Both the position numbers and the translations under genes were made by a program. A DNA stretch of 56,236 nt from Bacteroidales bacterium (GTDB lineage: Bacteria > Bacteroidota > Bacteroidia > Bacteroidales > UBA932), in NCBI GenBank assembly GCA_017631175.1, contig JAGBTT010000197.1, positions 1 to 56,236 on the forward strand, given 5' to 3'. Below the pieces are notes generated by a model. It saw only the letters and a list, made by a program, of their open reading frames with translations, was not told where the DNA came from and made no database searches. Below are positions 26,017 to 34,697 of the stretch, one piece after another. The first letter of the stretch is position 1. Every line of letters starts with the position of its first letter.

Positions 26017-27072
26017 TTAGATTGTCTCGTTGTATACTGCTCCTGAAGCCCATCCCTCTACGGTTACCGATGCTGTGATCGATCCCTTCTGTACCGGCTT
26101 GTCAGGGTCTGTAGAACCAAGTCCTGTGATGGTGAGCTCTACGGTGTAGGCTGTGTTTCTCGCAGGAGTGTCAATGACTACAGGGTAGTAGTACTTGGTG
26201 CCTCCGATGGTGGCTGCGACTACAAGTCTTGTCTTTCGTGCGGTGAATGACGAAGACCAGCCTGTAGCATCGCTTGTCGTAGGGTTCTGGAAGGTGTAGA
26301 AGAGATATGGGGTAGTCGGGGTGAGCGATCCGCCGTTGGCTACCGCCGAGCCTACGCTCTTGAATGTGAGTGTAGGGTGTGATGCCACGTATGTGCTTCC
26401 GTCGATGATCTGTCCGGTAGCTGTAGCTCCGTCCTTGCGTCCCATCTTGTTGTACCATGTAGATACTGATGCTGTTCCTGCAAGGTTCTGATTACCAGCG
26501 ACATTGATAAGTGTCACATTGTTCACAGTAAGAGCTCCGTAAGATCCTGGAAGAGAGTTGTTTATCTTCTGGAGTGCTACTCTGGCCACAAGTCTCTTGA
26601 CCGCTACGCTTGCTGTCGCTGCACTGCTACCCACTGTGCATGTGGTAGAGCCGGCCATCACGAATCCTGTGGTCTCGGTCGTGCTGTTCGCGCCGAGGTC
26701 CACAGCTGTGCTCTGGAGTGCGGAAAGGGTAGTGATTGATGAGAGGTTGGGACCGTTCACTACAGCCCATACGGTCTTGCTGCCGGCAGTCGTGCTGATG
26801 CTGATGCCGCTGGTCTTCGTGTCGGCATCCACATAGGCGTTCAAGGCTCCAGTGGAGTCGAACACGAGCACCTGGACATCGTTGACCTTGGTCTCGTATG
26901 TCTGTGCGGTTACGTAGCTGGTCGCTCTGGTCTGAGGCTCGTCCTCGAAGTCCAGAGACACATTGAGGGTGGCCTTCGTCTCGGCCTCCTGACAAGGCTC
27001 GCAGTCGGAGTTCTTGTCGCATGAGCATGCCATAGCTGCTATGGCTGCCATGATGAAAAGTGTCTTCTTCAT
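26017..27072 (-). CDS. FimA-like major (stalk) type V pilin
   Basis: Lipobox ACSC, TR/A, QVLVF, WAVVN, TRLVVAATIGG..YYYP, VEGW. Confidence 0.82.
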   Translation of the reverse strand: MKKTLFIMAAIAAMACSCDKNSDCEPCQEAETKATLNVSLDFEDEPQTRATSYVTAQTYETKVNDVQVLVFDSTGALNAYVDADTKTSGISISTTAGSKTVWAVVNGPNLSSITTLSALQSTAVDLGANSTTETTGFVMAGSTTCTVGSSAATASVAVKRLVARVALQKINNSLPGSYGALTVNNVTLINVAGNQNLAGTASVSTWYNKMGRKDGATATGQIIDGSTYVASHPTLTFKSVGSAVANGGSLTPTTPYLFYTFQNPTTSDATGWSSSFTARKTRLVVAATIGGTKYYYPVVIDTPARNTAYTVELTITGLGSTDPDKPVQKGSITASVTVEGWASGAVYNETI

Positions 27073-27099
27073 TTTATCTGTGATTAAAGTTGGTGTTGG

Positions 27100-29073
27100 C
27101 TAAAACGAGTATTCGAATTCATCCTCCGGCTGTGCGTTGAGCCCGTATCTGCGTATCAGTACGGATATCTCCGGATCGAGGTTGCCTCGGTGGACGTAGG
27201 TGGGATCCTGCGAGCAGGAGCGTACATAGCACTCCACGGCTTTCTGCTCTTCGCCTCTGCGGCTGTACAGCACGGCAAGCATGTAGTTGACCTGCGCAGT
27301 CTTCTCAAGCTTCTCGAGAATCTGCAGCGCACTGGCGTTGTAGTCCATGCAGAGGTAGGCGATGGCGGTGTTGTAGTCCTCATACGGCCTCAGGAGAGTC
27401 AAGGCTCTCTCATAGTCACGGTCTCTGATAGCCTGCACTCCGTCCATGTAGGTGGAGTCCAAGACCGTGGTATGCACTGTATCCTTGACCATTCCCTTGC
27501 GGTGAAGGTGGAAGTCGAAGCGAACCGTCCTCAGACGAGGGTAGAACTTCTCCCTCAGATGTCTGTAATACGGGTATTTCTGCATGGCGCGCTCCCTCTG
27601 GTCGATGTCCTTGACAGATGCCAGCTCCCGGTAGGACTCCTTCTGCTCCTGGGTCAGGACTGTGTCCTTTTCGACGAGTCTGTCGAGCATCTGCCAGTTC
27701 TCGCCGCTGCTTCGGCCGACCATCGGAATCTCTGCGCGCTTCTCAATGATGATGTTGCCCTCCTCGTCCACCGCGAATCCTCGTTCTCTCTCCAGGGAGT
27801 CCTGGTAGTGATTCATCCATCTGCTGAAGTACTCGGAGATGCCTTCCGAACGCCTCTTGGAAAGTCTGTCGTTGTATTTGAGGTTTCCTTCCGGTGATGC
27901 AGACGATGTTACCACGATGGAGTCCAGATCGAACTTCTCGTTCTGCATCAGCGATACAAGGTTATCCTTGATGCGTCCGATCTCTTCCGGATTGTTTCCC
28001 ATCCTCTCGTCGACCTCGAAGCTTCCTGATGCGAACTCGATATAGCAGGCAGTGTTCTCCTCGACTCTTCTCTCGATGACCTTGGTGAGGTATTTCTCCC
28101 TGTTGTCCACGAATGAGGACAGCGACGAGATATAGAAGGTAAGAGGCTCGCTCATGGGTATGTCATAGATCTTCCTGTCAGACTCGTATATGTCTCCCGA
28201 GAGGACCACGTCGACCTTCCTGAGCTTGGGGCGTGTCTGGATAGGCTGCACATATCTGTAGATGAAGTCTCCGTTGAACGACTGTATGACCGTGTCCAGA
28301 CGGAGCCCGTCCTTGACGATGGGGACCTTGACGAACTTGCGGTACATCTTCTCCCTGCGGGAGATCTTCCGCGAATTGGCCTTCCTGGCCAGCTTGTCCG
28401 TATAGTGCTCGATCGCTTCCTTCTCAGTCACGCCGTAGGCCGAGGCGAACTGCTCGTCGCTGACGTAGGTGGAGTCGCTCTTGAAGGCGTAAAGCTCCGG
28501 CATGTTCCTCTCGATGAACTGCTCCAGCATCCACCAGTTGACGAATTCGTCGGGGTCTGTGACTATCCCGGCGAGGAACTTCTCGTACTGCTGATATCCT
28601 CGAAGCTGCGCCCTGCGGTAATCCGCGCCGGTAATGATGACTGGGTCAAGGTCCAATGTATCCTGCATTATGTACATCTGAGGACGGAACCTCAGCTGCC
28701 ACTTGCTGTCCTGCATGCTCTGCGGCACGATGACCTGGAACTCGATATCCACACGGCCGTTTCGCTCGGCCACGTTGCGGAATCGTGCGGTGATCACCGC
28801 CGCATCAAGCACGTCATGTGCCACCATCTCTCCGTCCTCGTCCTTGATGGCCTTCATTATGATGAGCTCGCGGTCTCCGTCCTTGACGATGAAGGTGTCC
28901 CTCTGGGCCTTCATGTCAGTGCGTATGTCGGGGATGTAGTCCTGCTCCTGCGCCAGTGTCAGAGACGGACGGTAGGCACCGCTCTGTAGAGCCTTCATCT
29001 TGCTCTGTGAGGCACACGACGCTATCAGCATGAGCAGGGCTGCCGCTAAGAATATGCGGTATATTCTCTTCAT
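27100..29073 (-). CDS. Pilus-cluster lipoprotein (DUF3868-like / OmpA-like peptidoglycan-binding domain + C-terminal TPR)
   Basis: Signal MKRIYRIFLAAALLMLIASC; SASPEG...N.RLS..RS, ENW, YPRLR motifs; TPR-like end. Start re-assigned from 29247 to 29073. Confidence 0.78.
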   Translation of the reverse strand: MKRIYRIFLAAALLMLIASCASQSKMKALQSGAYRPSLTLAQEQDYIPDIRTDMKAQRDTFIVKDGDRELIIMKAIKDEDGEMVAHDVLDAAVITARFRNVAERNGRVDIEFQVIVPQSMQDSKWQLRFRPQMYIMQDTLDLDPVIITGADYRRAQLRGYQQYEKFLAGIVTDPDEFVNWWMLEQFIERNMPELYAFKSDSTYVSDEQFASAYGVTEKEAIEHYTDKLARKANSRKISRREKMYRKFVKVPIVKDGLRLDTVIQSFNGDFIYRYVQPIQTRPKLRKVDVVLSGDIYESDRKIYDIPMSEPLTFYISSLSSFVDNREKYLTKVIERRVEENTACYIEFASGSFEVDERMGNNPEEIGRIKDNLVSLMQNEKFDLDSIVVTSSASPEGNLKYNDRLSKRRSEGISEYFSRWMNHYQDSLERERGFAVDEEGNIIIEKRAEIPMVGRSSGENWQMLDRLVEKDTVLTQEQKESYRELASVKDIDQRERAMQKYPYYRHLREKFYPRLRTVRFDFHLHRKGMVKDTVHTTVLDSTYMDGVQAIRDRDYERALTLLRPYEDYNTAIAYLCMDYNASALQILEKLEKTAQVNYMLAVLYSRRGEEQKAVECYVRSCSQDPTYVHRGNLDPEISVLIRRYGLNAQPEDEFEYSF

Positions 29074-29098
29074 CTGAATATGATTTCTTTGGGGATAA

Positions 29099-29163
29099 AC
29101 CCGGAGGTGCCGTCTCCGGGATTCACAAACAACAGTAATTATTAACCCGATTTTCCTATGAAA
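29099..29163. repeat. Intergenic repeat copy 1 (GC hairpin + acaaac + attaac + cctatgaaa)
   Basis: cccggag-gtgccgt-ctccggg hairpin followed by boxes conserved in copy 2. Confidence 0.65.
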
Positions 29164-29191
29164 AAGATTCACTCCGCCGGCACTGCGAAGT

Positions 29192-29521
29192 CTATGGCAG
29201 ATTTGGCTCGTCGTCGAAGTTGTATTGGTCACGCGCATCTGGATCAAGCTCCATCCCGCGCTTCATCTTCATCAGAAGTGCGGAAGGGACCGAAGCGTAT
29301 GAAAGTGACACGAACGCCTCGTCACCCTGCTCGTAGCTGAACATTATCTCGTGGTATGTCAGATCCGCATGGAATGAATCATCGAAAGTGACAGGCAACT
29401 CTATCTCCTGCTGACCATATGGGTTCCTGTAGATGAACGCGATGACCCCGGATTCTTCATAGAGCTTCATTTTCCGAAACAGAGTGGTGTCTATGCACTC
29501 TTTGCCGAAGATGATATACAT
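29192..29521 (-). CDS. Small unknown protein, paralog 3 (MYIIFGKECIDTTLF...)
   Basis: ORF between the two repeats; aligns by eye with ORFs at 32611-32928 and 32813-33250. Start re-assigned to 29521. Confidence 0.65.
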   Translation of the reverse strand: MYIIFGKECIDTTLFRKMKLYEESGVIAFIYRNPYGQQEIELPVTFDDSFHADLTYHEIMFSYEQGDEAFVSLSYASVPSALLMKMKRGMELDPDARDQYNFDDEPNLP

Positions 29522-29542
29522 GATGTGAACATTTTGTGTGAA

Positions 29543-29608
29543 GCCCCGGGGGTGCCGACTCCGGGGCACACTACAAACTACTAACCTAGCATTAACTAAC
29601 CTATGAAA
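29543..29608. repeat. Intergenic repeat copy 2
   Basis: gccccgggg-gtgccga-ctccggggc hairpin, then acaaac, attaac, cctatgaaa. Confidence 0.65.
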
Positions 29609-29624
29609 TCTAACACGCCCGGCA

Positions 29625-30818
29625 CTAGAGTGTTATGCTTGTTGTTCCTGATGTGGATTCCTTTCCGTTCAAGGTCATCTTGCCGATCTTATTGGTGACC
29701 ACCAGACTGACTCCCGGCACTTCCTCGCCTGATATGTCTATCGAGAGAGCTTCGTAGTAGATCTGATAGAAAGCAGGTGTGGAGCCTGAGATGTATGAAT
29801 AATCTTCACCGGAGTCTTCACCACCTCCCGGAGTAGAGTGTGAACTCCAGATGTAGCTTGTCTCCCATTGAGATGTGATCTTCTTTGCGATTCCGTCGCG
29901 GTCTGTCAGATTGACCGAGCAGTCTGAACCTGTCTCAGAAAGAGTGCGCTCGTCCTTCTCGGTAATGTATTTGTACTCGGGGCTTCTCCACCAGAAGTCT
30001 TCCTCTTCGTGATAGAAGGAAGACTGGCCTTTTAGCTCCAGGAAGATGTCGAAGTCTACCCTGATGCCATAGGGGTTATATCCGATGTTGGCTACATGAT
30101 AGCCAGTTGTTTTGTCGTGCGAGAGCGTGACCGGTATCTCCGGATGCCTTATTGGCTCCTGAAAATCAATGCTGTACTGCTTTTCAGTCATGCTGTCACT
30201 GACATATAGCGTCAGTGAATGCTCGTGAGGGCGGAGTGTCTTCGGTAGAGCGATCGTGCAGATTGGACTTCCACTGAAGTCTATAGCCTGCTTAATGTAG
30301 CTCTCTCCGTCGATATGAAGCTCGACATCGTATGAGTATTTCGTATCTCCTTTGGTAAGGCTCATCAGTACTGAAGAAGATTCTGTGCCGACCGTACTAA
30401 CTTCTGCATGGATGTCGTATTTCTGCCTGGTGACCTCGTAGGGAACCTCTAGGCTCTGGCAGAATCCCTCGGTACTGATGGTCATCTGTATGAGGTGGCT
30501 TCCTACCGGTGCTTCGGAGAGGATGTAGGTGCGGGAATCTGTGTCGCTGAACGAAGCCTTGAACCAGTCATTATATGTCTGTCCGTTCATGTCGGTGAGC
30601 GTGATGACGTTCTCTCCGTCCACATGGAAGACCACGTTGTAGAATTCCTCGCAGGAGCGCTTGTTGCAGGTGAGGGTCAGGCGATGCTGGTCTGCCTCTG
30701 CATCATACACTACAGTGCCGGAGAAGTCGAATGAGTAGTCAGTCACCGGGAACTCGTGAATGCATGAGGATAGGGCGGTGACTGCAAGGATAAGTGAAGT
30801 AAGTATTCTTGTTCTCAT
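29625..30818 (-). CDS. Lipoprotein with two Ig-like (TraQ/DUF3872-like) units and a C-terminal domain
   Basis: Lipobox LSSC; DYSFDF unit; C-terminus paralogous to the next gene (GGGEDSG, IGKMTLNGK). Confidence 0.7.
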   Translation of the reverse strand: MRTRILTSLILAVTALSSCIHEFPVTDYSFDFSGTVVYDAEADQHRLTLTCNKRSCEEFYNVVFHVDGENVITLTDMNGQTYNDWFKASFSDTDSRTYILSEAPVGSHLIQMTISTEGFCQSLEVPYEVTRQKYDIHAEVSTVGTESSSVLMSLTKGDTKYSYDVELHIDGESYIKQAIDFSGSPICTIALPKTLRPHEHSLTLYVSDSMTEKQYSIDFQEPIRHPEIPVTLSHDKTTGYHVANIGYNPYGIRVDFDIFLELKGQSSFYHEEEDFWWRSPEYKYITEKDERTLSETGSDCSVNLTDRDGIAKKITSQWETSYIWSSHSTPGGGEDSGEDYSYISGSTPAFYQIYYEALSIDISGEEVPGVSLVVTNKIGKMTLNGKESTSGTTSITL

Positions 30819-30820
30819 GA

Positions 30821-32614
30821 TTATAGGCTGATGTTAGTCGTTCCTGAGCTGTTTGACTTTCCGTTAAGGGTCATAGTGCCGATTTGGTTCTTGATTCTGA
30901 GTGTCACGCCAGTGACCTTCTCTCCGGTAATGTTTATCTTGAGGGTCTCTTCCTTGAGGACGTAGTACTTCCTCTCTGTTCCGGTCTTCTCGTACCATTC
31001 TCTGCCTGAGTCTTCTCCTCCTGAACCGGGATCGTAGAAGTACTCGACAATGTCGCTCATCTCGTATGAGCCGGTAAGTTTGGTGACAAGAGCATCCCTG
31101 TCAATCAGAGTAACGGAGTTTCCCCCGTAAATACCTGAAGCGGTATTGCTGTCGCTCATAGTCTTGGTCTTCGTCTCGTATCTGGTTTCACCCCAATACC
31201 CCGAGTCGTATATGGCTATGGTCGTCTGGCCTTTCAGAGCCAGTGATGTCACGAACTTTAGCTCGATGTCGTATGGGTTAGAGCCGATCTCAGCTATATG
31301 CTTTCCGGAGTTCTCGTTGTACTTGAGGCTGATGTCTATGTACGGATGCCTTACCGGTTCGGTATAGCTGACATCCTGAGTCTCGACGGTGTACATGTCG
31401 GTAAGATGTACCGACACCTCATGTCTGCCAGGTCTTGTGGTCGGGATCGTGTATCTGTAGATCGGACTCTTCGAGAAGTTGACCTTAGGCGATGCCACGG
31501 TAGTGCCGTCGACCTGGATCGTAGCGTGGTAGTCTGTTGACGAGTCTCCTTCCGTTAGGGTCACCATCACCACAGTCCCGCTGCCGGCGGTGTCCATCTC
31601 TGCGTGGATGGCGAACGGGAGAGCATCCACAGCGTAGGGGACGTCAAGCACCTGGGAGTAGTCTTTGGTGCTGACTATCAGCTGCATGTTATGCTTGCCT
31701 TTCTCAGCGCGTGACAGGTCGTATGACCTTACTGTAGCATCCTTGAAGCTCTCGCTGAATGAGGCTCCGAGCTCCTTGCCGCCGATGTCGGTGAGCTTGA
31801 CCGAGTGCCCTCCGTCGACGGTGTACGACACTGTGTAGGTCTCGTCCCTTGATCCTCTCAGAAGCGACAGGAAGAGGATGTGCGAGAGGTTTGCGCTGTC
31901 GTACTCGATGTCAGCCTTCACCTCGAAGGAATAGTCGTTCACGGTGTACGGAAGGTCAGCCTTCTGAGAGTGCTTGCCGGTACTGATGATAAGGTTCACG
32001 GTATGGTCGCCGGGCTCCTGTACTGCCAGACTGTAGGTCTTGACTATGCTGTCGGTGAAGGTCTCCTGGTAGGTCTTCCTCGGTTCCTGGTTGTCTATGG
32101 TGTAGCTGATGGTGTATGTCTCTGCTGCGGCGCCCTCCTTGAGGGTGATCTCCAGCGAGTGAGCCTTGGTGTCCTCGTCGAACAGCAACTTCGTGTCGAA
32201 GAGGAACGAGAAGTCCTCTACGAGGTAGACCACCGCCAGTGACTGCGAGTACTCCTGCGTGCTGATGACAAGCTCCAGCGTGTGCTCTCCCGGAGCTACC
32301 CTGGAGAGTGTATAGGTTCTGGCTGAGACCTCGTCGAAGCTTTCGTTGAGCTTGCCTTCATTGATGCGCCCGTCCATGTCCTGAAGGGTGAGCGTGTTCT
32401 CCCCGTCTACGGTGAACGCGATGGTGTATTCGTTGTCAGCAGCTCCCGCCAGGCGTGTCAGCGTGAGCCTGTGCACGTCCGCCTTGTCGTCATAGATGAC
32501 CTCCGCCCCGAACTGGAAGGAGTAGTCGACCACGCTCAGCTGCTGAGTGCATGAGGCAAGCGCCGTCAGCAGGACTGCGGCAAGCGTGATGAATATGTTC
32601 GCCTTTATTCTCAT
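30821..32614 (-). CDS. Lipoprotein with four tandem Ig-like (TraQ/DUF3872-like) units and a C-terminal domain
   Basis: Lipobox LASC; ~100-aa units starting VVDYSF, VEDFSF, VNDYSF, VDALPF. Confidence 0.72.
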   Translation of the reverse strand: MRIKANIFITLAAVLLTALASCTQQLSVVDYSFQFGAEVIYDDKADVHRLTLTRLAGAADNEYTIAFTVDGENTLTLQDMDGRINEGKLNESFDEVSARTYTLSRVAPGEHTLELVISTQEYSQSLAVVYLVEDFSFLFDTKLLFDEDTKAHSLEITLKEGAAAETYTISYTIDNQEPRKTYQETFTDSIVKTYSLAVQEPGDHTVNLIISTGKHSQKADLPYTVNDYSFEVKADIEYDSANLSHILFLSLLRGSRDETYTVSYTVDGGHSVKLTDIGGKELGASFSESFKDATVRSYDLSRAEKGKHNMQLIVSTKDYSQVLDVPYAVDALPFAIHAEMDTAGSGTVVMVTLTEGDSSTDYHATIQVDGTTVASPKVNFSKSPIYRYTIPTTRPGRHEVSVHLTDMYTVETQDVSYTEPVRHPYIDISLKYNENSGKHIAEIGSNPYDIELKFVTSLALKGQTTIAIYDSGYWGETRYETKTKTMSDSNTASGIYGGNSVTLIDRDALVTKLTGSYEMSDIVEYFYDPGSGGEDSGREWYEKTGTERKYYVLKEETLKINITGEKVTGVTLRIKNQIGTMTLNGKSNSSGTTNISL

Positions 32615-32928
32615 AGTTCCATTAGTCTTGATGATTTGTGTTGGATGATCTTTCTGTATGTGTCCTTCGGCCAGCGGCAGCGCAGTCCGATGAAGCTGAT
32701 CCGGTCCGCTCCGCTGTTCCTTCCCCTGAGGTAGAGCCTGAACGCCTTGCGACAGTCCCTGGCAGTCCTGAAGGTCATAGGCACCTGAACGATGTATGTG
32801 GGGCCTTCTCCCTTATCCTCTTCGTAGACGTAGCCGTACGAGAAGGTTATGACACCAACCTGTTCGTGTAGCATTATCTCCTGGAACAATTCCGTGTGAA
32901 GGGTCCCCTGCAGAGTTTTTATCTTCAT
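32611..32928 (-). CDS. Small unknown protein, paralog 2
   Basis: Stop overlaps the next ATG; HTELF...GVITF...VPMTF pattern shared with paralogs. Confidence 0.65.
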   Translation of the reverse strand: MKIKTLQGTLHTELFQEIMLHEQVGVITFSYGYVYEEDKGEGPTYIVQVPMTFRTARDCRKAFRLYLRGRNSGADRISFIGLRCRWPKDTYRKIIQHKSSRLMEL

Positions 32929-33250
32929 TCTTTGGCTTTTGGTTTTTCTTGTTCTTTGCCGACTTGAGTCTTAGCTGCTGAGTGTGCAGCTTGAAGTAAA
33001 GGGTCCAGCAGAAGGATGTCTTCTTGTCCAGGCACCAGATGGCTTCCGAGCCGTCAGCAATTGCGTTCCAGCTCTCTTCGTAGAACCGCTTGGCCTCCTC
33101 TACGCTGCTGAACAGCAGCGGGAGCGAGAACTCTCCGGAGAATCCCTCCTTGGGCTGATGGATGAAATAGACCATCTGCAGGTCTTCGTTAAGACACCAG
33201 GTCCTGAAGTATGAGGTGTCTATGTATCTTGTTCCTATCCAGATTTTCAT
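32813..33250 (-). CDS. Small unknown protein, paralog 1 (C-terminus possibly a read-through extension)
   Basis: IDTSYF...MVYF...LPLLF pattern; the last ~40 codons overlap the next gene. Confidence 0.6.
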   Translation of the reverse strand: MKIWIGTRYIDTSYFRTWCLNEDLQMVYFIHQPKEGFSGEFSLPLLFSSVEEAKRFYEESWNAIADGSEAIWCLDKKTSFCWTLYFKLHTQQLRLKSAKNKKNQKPKNEDKNSAGDPSHGIVPGDNATRTGWCHNLLVRLRLRRG

Positions 33251-33260
33251 GACGTCAGTT

Positions 33261-33818
33261 TTAGAAGATGTATTGTAGGGCTACCCTTATCTCGTTGGGC
33301 AATATGAACCATCTTGAACCTTTTCCTGTGATGCGCCCGCATGAGGGGCAGGCATAGGTGATGTAGGTCTTCTGACCGCCCCAGATGCCCAGGCCGAAGT
33401 CCAGGTTGAGATTCTCGTGTAGCATGAGCGCATATCCAGCTCCCAGAGCCAGACCGAAGGCGTCGCCTTCCTCGGTCCTCTGCGAGATGATGCCGCCTCG
33501 GTTGTATTCCTGATACTGGGCCATGCCCGATATCCACCAGCCGGAGTAGATGTGCCATGGCCAGTAGCGGATGCCGGCTGCATAGGTCTGATGGCGGTTC
33601 TGCATCTGGCTGTCCGGGTCGCCTTTGTGGAAGGTCCATGGGTTTACTCTGGCGCTGGCCTGCAGGGTCACCCTTCGTCCTACGCCGACGCCGCCTTCGG
33701 CGTTCAGTGTGCCGAGGCTGACGTAGTCGACCAGGTTGGTTGATACTGACCAGTTCTGCGCGGGGCAAAGCAGCGGAACCATGATCAGCATGAGTGTGAA
33801 GATGATCTTGTGTTTCAT
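33261..33818 (-). CDS. DUF3575-family outer-membrane beta-barrel
   Basis: AQNWSVSTNL, TLNAEG, NPW, RYW, YNRGG, EGDAFG, GY, LDFGLG, C-terminal LQYIF. Start 33818. Confidence 0.82.
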   Translation of the reverse strand: MKHKIIFTLMLIMVPLLCPAQNWSVSTNLVDYVSLGTLNAEGGVGVGRRVTLQASARVNPWTFHKGDPDSQMQNRHQTYAAGIRYWPWHIYSGWWISGMAQYQEYNRGGIISQRTEEGDAFGLALGAGYALMLHENLNLDFGLGIWGGQKTYITYACPSCGRITGKGSRWFILPNEIRVALQYIF

Positions 33819-33847
33819 ATCTCTTGTGTGTTGTTTTCTAAGGGAAA

Positions 33848-33990
33848 GGCAGCTGCGTCTCACGACGGGACTGCCTTTGATGTGTAATATTGATTCTTAT
33901 AAAGAACTTCCTTGGAGAAAGCAGACGCACCTCTCGGCGGATCTGCTTGGGAGAAAAATGATTGTGATATGACAGGCAGACCGCCTGCCG
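33848..33990 (-). other. Cluster of intergenic hairpins including a GNRA-capped (gtc-GTGA-gac) stem
   Basis: Minus strand ggcagtcccgtcgtgagacgcagctgcc; also gcaga...tctgc and ggcag...ctgcc stems. Confidence 0.5.
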
Positions 33991-33998
33991 GAAGATAG

Positions 33999-34583
33999 CT
34001 AGATGTCAACCCTCACGCCCATTCTCAGATTGGGACGGAGCTTGACAAGAGGTGAAGAGAAAGATACGGGAAAGCATCCGCCGAGAATGAGTGCGAGACG
34101 CCTGGTGAAGAAGAATTCTGCCTCTATCCTCGGAGAGATTCCATACAGGAAGCTCCCGGTCGGCAGATTGGTGTTGATGTTAGCCGGCAAGTCCTTTCTC
34201 GGATCATAGAACTCATATCCGATGAATGCCCCGCCTCCGGCATAAAGGCTGACAGATCTGCTGCGTGTGGCGATGAGTCTGTACATGAAGTCTCCGCCGA
34301 TGAAACAGTCCACATACTCCATGAGGGGACCGCGGTCGGTCTGGATGTGGTTGTCGCCGGCTGAAGCATAGACCTGCCAGTAAGAGTTGAGCAGATACTG
34401 GGAATAGTTCAAGCAAAGCCCAAGGTCTCCGAGGTTCGGCACGTCTGCGCTGACCTCGGCTCCAACAGCATGCTGTCCCTTCATGGTCCGCTGGGCTGCA
34501 GCGCTTGATGCTGTGGCCAGAAGCAGAACAGATGTGAGGACAACAATCAGGAACAATGCCCTGCTATGGATGTTACCTATCAT
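33999..34583 (-). CDS. traO: Bacteroidetes conjugative-transposon TraO-like outer-membrane barrel
   Basis: Signal peptide then AQRTMKGQ; LYAGGGAFIGYE, FLYG...EAEFF pattern typical of TraO. Start 34583. Confidence 0.68.
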   Translation of the reverse strand: MIGNIHSRALFLIVVLTSVLLLATASSAAAQRTMKGQHAVGAEVSADVPNLGDLGLCLNYSQYLLNSYWQVYASAGDNHIQTDRGPLMEYVDCFIGGDFMYRLIATRSRSVSLYAGGGAFIGYEFYDPRKDLPANINTNLPTGSFLYGISPRIEAEFFFTRRLALILGGCFPVSFSSPLVKLRPNLRMGVRVDI

Positions 34584-34607
34584 TAGAAACTTTTTACTTG
34601 CTGAATG

Positions 34608-34633
34608 CAAAAGTATAAAGAAACTAATGTATA
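34608..34633 (-). promoter_or_regulatory. Promoter of the traO-pilus operon: -7 box TACTTTTG plus adjacent 17-bp shared box
   Basis: caaaagta at 34608-34615; aaagaaactaatgtata at 34617-34633, identical to 46313-46329. Confidence 0.62.
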
Positions 34634-34697
34634 AACAAAAATTTCGAAGAGAATTTTAAGAGAAAAATTTCTTTATAGAATAATATTCTATAAGCGC

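Noticed and set aside
27190-28989. Long plus-strand ORFs (235 aa, 194 aa) and similar antisense ORFs elsewhere
   Set aside because: Shadow frames opposite well-supported genes in GC3-rich DNA; no motifs.
29099-29608. Integron attC cassette
   Set aside because: No RYYYAAC/GTTRRRY ends, and the tyrosine recombinase shows no evident IntI-specific insertion.
33247-33768. 173-aa Arg-rich ORF
   Set aside because: Alternative frame of the DUF3575 gene.
34608-34697. Invertible (phase-variable) promoter for the pilus operon
   Set aside because: No inverted repeats flanking the -7 box; the ttatagaat/attctataa palindrome at 34673-34693 is a local hairpin only.
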